Shown in pieces: positions 55,354 through 64,000 of a DNA stretch of 64,000 bases (position 1 is the first letter of the stretch; each line of letters starts with the position of its first letter). The translations under genes and the position numbers were made by a program. The stretch lies in the NCBI GenBank assembly GCA_965660685.1, contig CBFIAX010000013.1, forward strand, positions 937-64,936, given 5' to 3'. This DNA is from Yoonia sp. (GTDB lineage Bacteria; Pseudomonadota; Alphaproteobacteria; Rhodobacterales; Rhodobacteraceae). Below the pieces are notes generated by a model. That model had not been told where the DNA came from, searched no databases, and saw only the letters and a list, made by a program, of their open reading frames with translations.

Positions 55354-57105
55354 CTAGGCGTCGTCGAATGGGTCCCATTCATCGTCAACCTCGGGCAGGG
55401 CATCGATCATTGCGTCTTGGGCTTTGTCGGCGTCTGTCCGGATGTCAGTGATTTTCGCGCTGGGGAAGGCTGCGATGACTGCTTGAACTAACGGGTGGTC
55501 CTCGGCCGATTTACGCAGCGCATTTTCGGCCGCATCACGCACTTGGGCGATTGTAGGCGCGCCGCCTTCTGCGACAACGGTGATTGCCCAGCGATTGCCG
55601 GTCCATGCTTGCAAACGCGACCCGAGCCGCCCGACAAGATCGGGCGCTGCGTCATCGGTTGGATTTACTTCGATCCGGCCCGGTTGGTAGTTGACCAATT
55701 GTAGGCCGGTTTCCACCTCGACCAGTAGTTTCACATCGCGGTGGCGGCGGATCAGGTTGATCACATCTTCGAACCGCGCGTAATGGGCCAGCCCATCGGG
55801 AGCGATTGCAACGGCTGTTTGCGCGCCAGAGGCGGAATGCCCCGAAGGTCCGCTGTGTGTTGGAACCTGTGTATGGGACTGCGCCTGCGTCGCCCCGCCG
55901 CTTGTCGCGGGGCCCCGTGCTGTTGGGCCGCCGGTCGGCGGTGGTGTCGCATCTTGCAGCTTTTTGACCAATTCCTCGGGCGATGGGAGATCGGCCACAT
56001 GGGTTAGCCGGATGACCGCCATTTCGGCTGCCATCATTGCATTTGGCGCCATGGCGACTTCTTCCAATGCTTTCAACAGCATTTGCCACATCCGGCTCAT
56101 AACGCGCATCGGCAGATCCGCGGCCATTGCTTGGCCGCGTGTGCGTTCATCGGGGCTGATTGTTGGGTCTTCGGCGGCATCAGGCGTGATTTTGATCACA
56201 GACACCCAATGGGTTAATTCGGCCAGATCGCGCAAGACGGCCATTGGGTCGGTGCCGTCTGCATATTGCGCCGACAGTTCAGTCAGCGCGCCTGCTGCAT
56301 CCCCGCGCAATATCATGTCAAATAAATCAAGAACGCGGCCACGGTCAGCCAGTCCTAGCATCGCGCGCACCTGATCGGCGGTTGTTTCAGCCGCACCATG
56401 GCTGATCGCTTGATCCAGCAACGACTGGGCGTCGCGGGCTGACCCTTCGGCCGCACGGGTGATCAACGCAAGAGCGTCATCAGAAATTTCCGCATTTTCC
56501 GCAGTGGCCGTTTTACGCAGCAAGGCAATCATCACTTCGGGTTCGATGCGGCGTAGGTCAAACCGCTGGCAGCGCGACAGAACCGTCACAGGCACTTTGC
56601 GAATTTCGGTGGTGGCAAAGATGAATTTGACGTGTGCGGGCGGTTCTTCGAGCGTCTTGAGCAGGGCGTTAAACGCACCTGTGGACAGCATGTGAACCTC
56701 ATCGATGATGTAGATTTTGTAGCGCGCAGAGGCGGCGCGGTAATGCACACTATCAATGATTTCGCGGATATTTGCGACGCCAGTGTTAGATGCGGCATCC
56801 ATTTCGATCACATCCACATGGCGGCCTTCCATGATCGCCTCGCAGTGTTCGCAGTTGCCGCAAGGTTCGGTCGTCGGTTTTCCGGTGCCGTCGGGGCCGA
56901 CGCAGTTCATGCCTTTGGCAATGATCCGCGCTGTCGTTGTTTTGCCGGTTCCCCGAATGCCCGTCATCATGAATGCTTGGGCGATACGATCAGCCTCGAA
57001 CGCATTGCGTAGGGTGCGGACCATTGCATCTTGGCCAACCAGATCGACAAACGTCTCTGGGCGGTATTTGCGGGCGAGGACTTGATAAGCTGGGGCGTCG
57101 GTCAT
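55354..57105 (-). CDS. dnaX: DNA polymerase III subunit gamma/tau
   Basis: YQVLARKYRP, G.RGTGKTTTAR, DAASNTGV, IIDEVHML, SRCQRFD. Confidence 0.98.
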   Translation of the reverse strand: MTDAPAYQVLARKYRPETFVDLVGQDAMVRTLRNAFEADRIAQAFMMTGIRGTGKTTTARIIAKGMNCVGPDGTGKPTTEPCGNCEHCEAIMEGRHVDVIEMDAASNTGVANIREIIDSVHYRAASARYKIYIIDEVHMLSTGAFNALLKTLEEPPAHVKFIFATTEIRKVPVTVLSRCQRFDLRRIEPEVMIALLRKTATAENAEISDDALALITRAAEGSARDAQSLLDQAISHGAAETTADQVRAMLGLADRGRVLDLFDMILRGDAAGALTELSAQYADGTDPMAVLRDLAELTHWVSVIKITPDAAEDPTISPDERTRGQAMAADLPMRVMSRMWQMLLKALEEVAMAPNAMMAAEMAVIRLTHVADLPSPEELVKKLQDATPPPTGGPTARGPATSGGATQAQSHTQVPTHSGPSGHSASGAQTAVAIAPDGLAHYARFEDVINLIRRHRDVKLLVEVETGLQLVNYQPGRIEVNPTDDAAPDLVGRLGSRLQAWTGNRWAITVVAEGGAPTIAQVRDAAENALRKSAEDHPLVQAVIAAFPSAKITDIRTDADKAQDAMIDALPEVDDEWDPFDDA

Positions 57106-57224
57106 GGGCGCTTTCATCTGGATTCGGTGGCCATGTGTTAAGCTAAGGCGCAGACGCGTGCGCGTCCACCTTGATTGCGTGGCACATTGCGTCAATATGG
57201 GGGTGTATTTGCAAGGATTGCATC

Positions 57225-57707
57225 ATGTCACATTTCGAAATCTATCCGGTGGCAGTGGGGCAGGGCCAAATTGCGCTATCGCCATTGCCGGGCAGATATG
57301 GCGACATTCAAAGTGATCTGGCGAAAGTCGCGGGCTGGGGCGCGTCACTCGTGCTCACAATGGTGACGCAAGCCGAGCTTGATAATCATGGAAGCGGGCA
57401 GCTTGAGGATTTGCTGCATAATGCAGGCATGCGCTGGCAGCATCTTCCCGTCGAAGACTATCAAACGCCTACCGTTCAGATGGACATTGCAATCAAGCGA
57501 GCGATTTCTGAATCAGAGCAGGTTTTGAACAATAGGGGTCGCGTTCTTATCCACTGCTTTGGCGGGTGTGGTCGGTCAGGCATGATGGCATTGCGGATCA
57601 TGATCGCAGTTGGTGAAATGCCCAACGACGCCCTTTTACGCCTACGTCATGCACGCCCCTGTGCAGTCGAAACAGCGGATCAATTGTTGTGGGCGCAATC
57701 AACGTAG
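57225..57707 (+). CDS. dual-specificity/Cys-based protein phosphatase (CDKN3-like)
   Basis: HLPVEDY, HCFGGCGRSG (CX5R), RPCAVET.DQ. Confidence 0.88.
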   Translation: MSHFEIYPVAVGQGQIALSPLPGRYGDIQSDLAKVAGWGASLVLTMVTQAELDNHGSGQLEDLLHNAGMRWQHLPVEDYQTPTVQMDIAIKRAISESEQVLNNRGRVLIHCFGGCGRSGMMALRIMIAVGEMPNDALLRLRHARPCAVETADQLLWAQST

Positions 57708-57725
57708 GATGGGTTTTAACCCATC
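57704..57725 (+). repeat. GTAG-family REP singlet
   Basis: GTAGGATGGGTTTTAACCCATC, 21/22 identical to 6559-6580; its TAG is the phosphatase stop codon. Confidence 0.85.
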
Positions 57726-57728
57726 ACC

Positions 57729-58766
57729 CTAACGTTTTTTCCGTGCCTGAGCTGCCTTAACAATTTTACCAAATTTGCGACCACGGGCATGGGCTTCGGC
57801 CACGGTTTCAGTGGCAATCGCATCCTCGCGCATCAGCTTTTGGTAGCGTTTGAGCCGTTCGGGATCGATATGCCCAGCGGCAATAGCAGCTTGTACAGCG
57901 CATCCTGGTTCATTGTCATGTTTACAGTCACGAAACTTGCAGTCGTTTTCAATGTCCGAAATTTCGGGGAATGTTGCTGCAATCCCGACAGCAACGTCGG
58001 CAACGCCCAACCCGCGCATGCCGGGGGTGTCAATCAGCCAACCACCGCTTGGCAAATGATGCAATGACCGGCGCGTCGTGGTGTGACGGCCGCGTGCATC
58101 ATCTTCGCGAATGCCTTGTGTGGCCTCGTCATTGCCCGTCAGCGCATTGGCCAATGTGGTTTTGCCTACCCCCGAAGAGCCAGCCAGCGCAACAGTCTGG
58201 CCCTTGCCAACCCAAGGGGCCAATTCGGTTGCGACATCGCCATTTAACGCATCAAGCACGACCACAGAGAGATCGCGGCCGAGTGCTTGGGCTTTTTGGG
58301 CATAGTCTTCTGGGGCGTCTGTTTGATCGGCTTTTGTCAGGACAATCACGGGCATGATGTCAGCGTCATGCGCCAGCGCCAAGTAACGCTCCAAACGCGC
58401 CACGTTGAAATCGGCGTTACAGGATGTGGTGATGAAAAGCGTGTTAATATTTGCGGCGATCAATTGACGTTCGCCAAAATGATAATCTGACCCGCGCTGC
58501 AAGGTGCTTTGACGGTCCAACCGGCGGATGATGCGGGCTGCATCTGGTTCACAGATGACCCAATCTCCGACAGCGATCTGACCCGCAGATGTATCCGGCG
58601 CCAGCGCCAAATCAATCGGGCCGTTTTCGGTCAATGTGGCGATACGTGTGCGGTGCACACCCGTCACACGGGCAGGCGTTACGACGCCGATTTCATCAAT
58701 ATCAAGTTGAGAATTGTAGAATGGGGCCCACCCAAGGTCGGCGAGGGTCAACGCGGCAGCGGTCAA
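57729..58766 (-). CDS. rsgA: ribosome small subunit-dependent GTPase A
   Basis: AVGDWV, AANI, RLERYL, TKAD, GSSGVGKTTL, GRHTTT, DTPGMR, CKFRDCKH..EPGCAV. Confidence 0.95.
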   Translation of the reverse strand: MTAAALTLADLGWAPFYNSQLDIDEIGVVTPARVTGVHRTRIATLTENGPIDLALAPDTSAGQIAVGDWVICEPDAARIIRRLDRQSTLQRGSDYHFGERQLIAANINTLFITTSCNADFNVARLERYLALAHDADIMPVIVLTKADQTDAPEDYAQKAQALGRDLSVVVLDALNGDVATELAPWVGKGQTVALAGSSGVGKTTLANALTGNDEATQGIREDDARGRHTTTRRSLHHLPSGGWLIDTPGMRGLGVADVAVGIAATFPEISDIENDCKFRDCKHDNEPGCAVQAAIAAGHIDPERLKRYQKLMREDAIATETVAEAHARGRKFGKIVKAAQARKKR

Positions 58767-58792
58767 AGACGGCCCTTTCGCAATAGGCTAAA

Positions 58793-58892
58793 GGTGAGAG
58801 GTTGGACATCGACCCAAGTGGGGCTCGTTGTGGCTGCTTCCTTCCGGACCTGACCAGGTTGGCGAGGCACTCGCCCGCGCCAACCTCTCACC
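58793..58892 (-). ncRNA. ffs: signal recognition particle 4.5S RNA
   Basis: Minus strand GGTGAGAGGTTGG...TCAGGTCCGGAAGGAAGCAGC...CCAACCTCTCACC: domain IV motif and closing stem. Confidence 0.97.
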
Positions 58893-58929
58893 GTTGATAT
58901 AGGCCGATGTTGGGCGCGGTGCAAGAGGT

Positions 58930-60741
58930 TCAGAATTGAACCAGAAATTTCGCGAACCCGGCGACCATGGTCCCTGTTGGGTGAATGTGGGGATGGGCGG
59001 CAGCAGTGGCGTTCGGGGACGTTAGGATCATCGCAGTGGCCCCTGCGATTGGCGAAAATTGCCAAACTGCTTGCGCTGGCGATGTGATCGGGGAAGTCTC
59101 ACGCAGGTAATTGATCAGAATGTCTCGGCTGCTTTGTGTCGTGATGTGTAGGATGTCTTGCGGCATTGGAGTAAAGAAATTCCCCCCGCCGCTTGCCCTG
59201 AAACTGTTTGTTGCGACGACAAAAACATCGGTTGGTGCGACTAATTTCCCTTTGTAGCGAATATTCTTAGCGCGCTCATAACCTAGCGATAAATCAATGT
59301 CATAGGTCAGCCCGAAAATCACGTCAAAATCATATGGTGCAAAATCCGAACGGAATAGGTCTTGGGCCTCGACACCTTGCGTTATCGTTTCGAAAATTTG
59401 GGCAGATGTGTTCAGCCAGTTTTCAAGCTGGGCACCGGTCCGGCGCACGGCGCAAAGCCGATTCTCAAAGGGGTAGATGGCGCTGGCATCACGCAATGCG
59501 ATTGGCCCTACCGGAATGTCGATGTAGTAGGACGGACCGCCACGACCGCCCGCGCGAAATTGTGAGGCTGCCGACAGAATAGGCAAATGCTCCCATTCGG
59601 TCCCAAAAGAAGCCATGCGAATAGCCGCGCGATTTGCATTTGCGAGGAGTTCTAGTGTTTTATCCGGCGCGGCATTTGCGAAATGGCTTGTAATAGGCAG
59701 TTCTGTTTGGGCAATCGGTTGCCTGATCGTTTCCAGAACCTTGTTGTGTATCGGTTGCAGGTCATGGGTTTACCGATGTTGCAAAGGAGTTTGCAGGCTT
59801 TGCGTATCCGCTGCAATCAATTCAACATGACTTGCAGTAATACTCCAATGACCGGCGCGCCAGTCTAGATCAAGGCCCACAACCCCAAGGTGTGATCCGT
59901 AGAAACCCGCCATCACTGCTGGCTTCCCGTGCAGCTGACCTGCAATCGGGTTCATAGGCGGGCAGATCGGCCGCGCAGGATTCGGGAACAGATCGTGTGT
60001 GTGTCCCATAACAATCGCGTCGATTCCATCCACATCCGATAGGGGAATCGCCGCGTTTTCCATTCCAACAGTGCATGGGTTTGTGTCCAGCCCGCCATGA
60101 CAGAGCGCAACCACAATGTCCGCACCAGCAGCAATCATTTGCGGAACAATTTCCTGTGCAGTCTTTACCATGTCAGCTGTTTTGACTGTGCCGTGCAGAA
60201 CAGTTTTTTCCCAATTAACGACCTGCGGTGGGACCAGTCCAAATACACCGACTTTCAGGCATCTATCCTTGCCATCAGAACAAAGAACTTTTCGTGTGAC
60301 TATCCTAAACTGAGGGCATAAATTATTGTTATTTATTAGTTTTATATTGGCACATACAATCGCAAATTCCGCGCTTTTAAGCACGTCTTTCAAAAACGGC
60401 ACGCCATAGTTGAATTCATGATTTCCCAAGCAAACTGCGTCATACTTTAGGGTATTCATCGCCTGAACCATTGGGTGAACGCTAACGGCTGTTTGCGCGG
60501 AAGCCGAGAAATCCGCGAGCGGGTTTCCTTGGAGGAAATCACCATTGTCGAAAAGAAACGTTCCAGAAGGATTGACGGCCCGGATCCGTTCAATTTCACG
60601 CGCAAGCGGGATCAGACCGCCGAGATCCGTTGGCCGGTCGGCAAAGTAATCATAAGCAAGCAATTGCATATGCAAATCGGTTGTTCCAAGGACAAATATC
60701 GTCGCTTTAGTTTCGGTCGAATTGTGACTGTTGTCGGGCAT
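58930..60741 (-). pseudogene. 2',3'-cyclic-nucleotide 2'-phosphodiesterase/3'-nucleotidase (CpdB-like) with one in-frame TAA (59770-59772)
   Basis: TTDLH, DNGDFLQG, GNHEFNYG, GHTH, then IYPFEN, FDVI.G.TY.IDL, ATNSFRASGGG in the same frame across the stop; 604 codons in total. Confidence 0.85.
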
Positions 60742-60851
60742 GGGTGCGCTCAAAATGAAAACAATATCAACCTTAGCGTGCATTTTTGTCAGAATCTCAA
60801 AAAACCAATGCATATGTTGAAGTATTTCTGCGAAGCTGGCATCCAAAGCAC

Positions 60852-61802
60852 ATGAAAAATGCAGAAACAGTGACATTCGGCGGCTCTGGGCTGGATCGCG
60901 CAGCGCATTTGAGGCCTCGAGTCGAGGACATCAAGCAATCCAAATCCGCACGGACTATTGTTTTGTGGCGTGGCAAAATCTTGCGCGATGACCAAAATGC
61001 ACTGGCGCGATTACCCTTAGACACGTCAACGGTGACGACTTTCGCAGTGGACCTGATCTATCTTGGCCAAGACGGCGAAACGCCCTTGTTCGCCGCTGAT
61101 ATATCAGGGTGGGTACCGGACGGGTTTGACCCCGATGCGCCGCCTGTATTTTTGGACGATACCCTGCAATCCCATCCTGACCATCCTGACTTATCATTCG
61201 CCGATATTCGCGCCGCGATGACCCTATTGTCGCCACGTGATGCGGAATTGGCAGCCACGTCTAAGGCAGTGATGGAATGGCATCTTAGCCATGGGTTTTG
61301 CGCCCGTTGCGGTGCGCAAAGCACGATGACGATGGGTGGTTGGCAGCGCGATTGTGGGGCCTGTGGGGCCAAACATTTCCCTCGCACTGATCCGGTTGTC
61401 ATCATGCTGATTACACATGGCAATAACGTCCTCGTTGGCCGTTCCCCCGGGTGGCCCGAGGGCATGTATTCGCTTCTCGCGGGCTTCGTCGAGCCTGGCG
61501 AGACAATAGAGGCTGCAGTCCGACGCGAGGTATTCGAGGAATCGGGCGTGCGTGTTGGTGATGTGGCGTATTTGGCCAGTCAGCCTTGGCCGTTTCCTGC
61601 GTCTTTAATGTTGGGATGCGCGGGCGAAGCCCTGTCCGAAACGATCGAGATTGATCCGGAAGAAATCGAAGACGCCCTATGGGTGAGTCGCGAAGACATG
61701 GCACGTGTTTTTGCAGGGCAACACCCGACGATTAATCCGACACGCAAAGGCGCGATTGCGCATTTTCTGCTGGAAAAATGGCTGGCGGATTGTTTGGATT
61801 GA
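60852..61802 (+). CDS. nudC: NADH pyrophosphatase
   Basis: FCARCG, C..CGAKHFPRTDP, AGFVEPGE.IEAAVRREVFEESG Nudix box, SQPWPFPASLM. Confidence 0.96.
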   Translation: MKNAETVTFGGSGLDRAAHLRPRVEDIKQSKSARTIVLWRGKILRDDQNALARLPLDTSTVTTFAVDLIYLGQDGETPLFAADISGWVPDGFDPDAPPVFLDDTLQSHPDHPDLSFADIRAAMTLLSPRDAELAATSKAVMEWHLSHGFCARCGAQSTMTMGGWQRDCGACGAKHFPRTDPVVIMLITHGNNVLVGRSPGWPEGMYSLLAGFVEPGETIEAAVRREVFEESGVRVGDVAYLASQPWPFPASLMLGCAGEALSETIEIDPEEIEDALWVSREDMARVFAGQHPTINPTRKGAIAHFLLEKWLADCLD

Positions 61803-61853
61803 CCTAAACAGAACGACGATCCTGTTCATGGATTGCAAGAGGTAGACCAAACT

Positions 61854-62321
61854 ATGAAATTTAGCACTCGCGAAGATATCGAAGCGCCGATTGACTACGT
61901 TTTTGCCTAAATCACGGATTTTGAAGGCTTTGAAAAACAAGCCATGCGACGCGGCACTGATATGCAGCGCGCGGATAATGCGGCTATACCCGGCGAAGGA
62001 TCATCGTGGGATATTGCGTTCAAATACCGTGGCAAAGACCGCAAAATGAATGCAAAAATTTCCCGCTTGGACGCCCCGAACGAATTGCAACTGACGACCG
62101 TTGCAAATGGGCTGGACGGGAATACCAGCGTCGAATTGGTCGCATTGTCGCGGGCCCGCACGCGGATCAGCATTGCAATTGAGTTGAAACCACAAAGCCT
62201 GTCTGCACGATTGTTGCTGCAATCGCTCAAGCTGGCGAAATCTAACCTAACGCGCAAATTCAAGATTCGCGTGGCGGACTTTTCTGAAGGCGTCGAGGAA
62301 AGCTATCGCAAGTCCGTTTAG
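61854..62321 (+). pseudogene. SRPBCC-family protein with premature TAA at codon 19 (61908-61910)
   Basis: RBS GAGG; [33 protein letters not shown]... continues in frame to 62321. Confidence 0.8.
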
Positions 62322-63157
62322 CGGTCTTGCGGCCGTGACGCGGCAGGGTAGACGCCCATCATCTGCATATGGTCGGTGAAATAGCTTAGCTCTTCAAGCG
62401 CGAGCTGGACGTTCCTGTCTTCAGGATGCCCCTCGATTTCCGCATAGAACTGCGTCGCCTTGAAATTGCCGCCGACCATATAGCTTTCAAGTTTGGTCAT
62501 GTTGACCCCGTTGGTCGCAAAGCCACCCATGGCCTTATAAAGGGCAGCCGGAATGTTGCGGACACGAAACACGAAACTGGTTTTCATGCCTTCTTTGCCG
62601 CGCTTTTGGTGGTCGGGTTCGCGGGCCATCACCAAAAAACGTGTGGTATTGTTGTCAGCGTCCTCGATATGGCGCGCAAGCACGTCCAATCCATAGATTT
62701 CTGCGGCCAATTCAGACGCTAACGCGCCCGCGCTCGTATCCGTGCCTTCTGCGACTTCGCGTGCTGCGCGGGCGTTGTCGGATATTGCCTGACCTGAAAT
62801 GCTATTTTCGCGCAAGAATGCCGCACATTGCGGCAAGATAACAGGATGGCCGTAAGCTGTATTGATTTGGTCCAAGGAAGCGCCCGGCTTGACAAGCAGA
62901 TTGACATGAACGCGCACGAATACTTCGTCTACGATTTGTAAACCGCTCTCTGGTAGAAGTGAATGCACATCGGCCACGCGCCCATAGGTGGAGTTTTCGA
63001 CAGCAATCATACCAAGATCGGCATCGCCGTTGCGGACAGATTCGATGGCATCATCGAATGTTTCGCATGGCAACGGGTCGAAATCTGGCCGTGATTGGGT
63101 GCAGGCTTGATGGCCGTAGGCACCTAATTCGCCTTGAAATGCGATTTTTCCGGTCAT
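62318..63157 (-). CDS. pheA: prephenate dehydratase
   Basis: IAFQGELGAY, VENSTYGRV, IED...NTTRF, ACT domain NMTKLESY. Confidence 0.95.
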   Translation of the reverse strand: MTGKIAFQGELGAYGHQACTQSRPDFDPLPCETFDDAIESVRNGDADLGMIAVENSTYGRVADVHSLLPESGLQIVDEVFVRVHVNLLVKPGASLDQINTAYGHPVILPQCAAFLRENSISGQAISDNARAAREVAEGTDTSAGALASELAAEIYGLDVLARHIEDADNNTTRFLVMAREPDHQKRGKEGMKTSFVFRVRNIPAALYKAMGGFATNGVNMTKLESYMVGGNFKATQFYAEIEGHPEDRNVQLALEELSYFTDHMQMMGVYPAASRPQDR

Positions 63158-63279
63158 CGTATCTGTGCTTTCTTGAACTGAAATTGAAAAAGGGGCATTT
63201 GGTCGCGGGACTACACCTTGCATATAGAGGTGTGAAGCGGATAGATAACCGCAAAACTGCGAACGGAATGGAACGCGAC

Positions 63280-63798
63280 ATGTTCGACACAATGACTATG
63301 ACAAAAGCAATCGGCGGCGCATGTGGTGCATTGCTGATTTATCTCTTGGGTGGCTGGGCTGCCGAGATCATTTATCACGGCGGTGGCGGGCATGGTGATG
63401 ACCACGCACAAGGCTACGTTATCGAAGTGCCTGAATCCGGTGCTGTTGAAGAAGTTGTCGAAGAAATCGATTTTGCTGTTGTCATGGCCTCTGCAAGCGC
63501 TGCTGACGGTGAAGGCCTGTGGCGCAACTGCCGCTCTTGCCACGCATTAGAAGCAGGCGTGAACGGCGTTGGGCCGCATCTTTCTGGCGTCGTAAACCGC
63601 GCTGTTGGTGCAGTGGACGGCTTTGGTTATTCCGGCTCATTGGTCGCGGTTGCTGAGACATGGTCACCTGAAAATCTGAACGCATTCTTGGAAAGCCCAA
63701 AGAATTTCGCGCCGGGCACGGCCATGGGCTATAACGGTATGCGCAAGGTTGAAGACCGCGCCAACTTGATCGCCTATTTGGCGACCATCGGCGGCTAA
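63280..63798 (+). CDS. membrane-anchored cytochrome c (cy/c552/CycM type)
   Basis: MFDTMT.TK TM anchor, acidic linker, CRSCH, GP.L.GV, PGTAM. Confidence 0.93.
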   Translation: MFDTMTMTKAIGGACGALLIYLLGGWAAEIIYHGGGGHGDDHAQGYVIEVPESGAVEEVVEEIDFAVVMASASAADGEGLWRNCRSCHALEAGVNGVGPHLSGVVNRAVGAVDGFGYSGSLVAVAETWSPENLNAFLESPKNFAPGTAMGYNGMRKVEDRANLIAYLATIGG

Positions 63799-63822
63799 CC
63801 CGACCGACATCGAATTCATGGG

Positions 63823-63853
63823 GCCGCTTCAAGCAATTGAGGCGGCTTTTTTT
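63823..63853 (+). terminator. intrinsic terminator after cytochrome c gene
   Basis: GCCGCTTCAA-GCAA-TTGAGGCGGC followed by TTTTTTT. Confidence 0.85.
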
Positions 63854-63967
63854 ATGGATTGTAGCCCGATCACAGCGTGATCACGCATTCTCAACTTGCG
63901 CGATCCTCCTACAGGCGGGTAGCCTAAACAAAAGCAAGAATACCGTTCACGCGTGAGGGAAAATAAG

Positions 63968-64000
63968 ATGAGAGCCAATGTGTCAGCACTGAAGTCGATT
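63968..64000 (+). CDS. possible start of next gene (truncated by window edge)
   Basis: GAGGG RBS then ATG AGA GCC AAT...; only 11 codons visible. Confidence 0.35.
   Translation, partial: MRANVSALKSI

Noticed and set aside
55960-55966. Possible dnaX -1 frameshift site (C AAA AAG on the minus strand, with GAGG upstream) near the end of domain III
   Set aside because: Not a full A AAA AAG heptamer, the nearest hairpin is weak and too far downstream, and Lys-Lys codons explain it.
63868-63882. GATCAC-AGC-GTGATC dyad upstream of the edge ORF
   Set aside because: Short, cannot be assigned to a regulator, and the downstream gene is not visible.

Overview
A core-genome window of a Rhodobacteraceae (Roseobacter-group-like) alphaproteobacterium; the taxon is inferred from gene content and order. 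It carries housekeeping genes (accA partial, mcl1, tyrB, sseA, smpB, dapA, smc, def x3-fmt, recR-ybaB-dnaX, rsgA, SRP RNA, nudC, pheA, membrane cytochrome c), an RND efflux pair and a large cobalamin cluster at about 16-43 kb. That cluster has cobO, cobN, cobW, riboswitch-led cbtB-cbtA, cobD/cobC, cbiX-cobH-cobL-cobI-cbiG/cobJ-cobM and many uncharacterised Cys/His-rich accessory genes. I found no transposase, integrase, prophage, tRNA, rRNA or CRISPR array. The main signals the gene list does not explain are: (1) a dispersed 32-34 nt repeat starting GCCTCCGGCGG, with 8 full copies and 1 partial copy in paired subfamilies, one of them in frame inside cobN; (2) a separate GTAG-type REP/REPIN family; (3) three full-length genes each broken by a single in-frame stop; (4) an unannotated 51-aa ORF inside the cob cluster; (5) a CbiX with a duplicated Cys module in a hybrid early/late cobalt-insertion pathway; (6) a CtrA-boxed atypical receiver protein. 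All family assignments come from motif recognition by eye, not from database searches.
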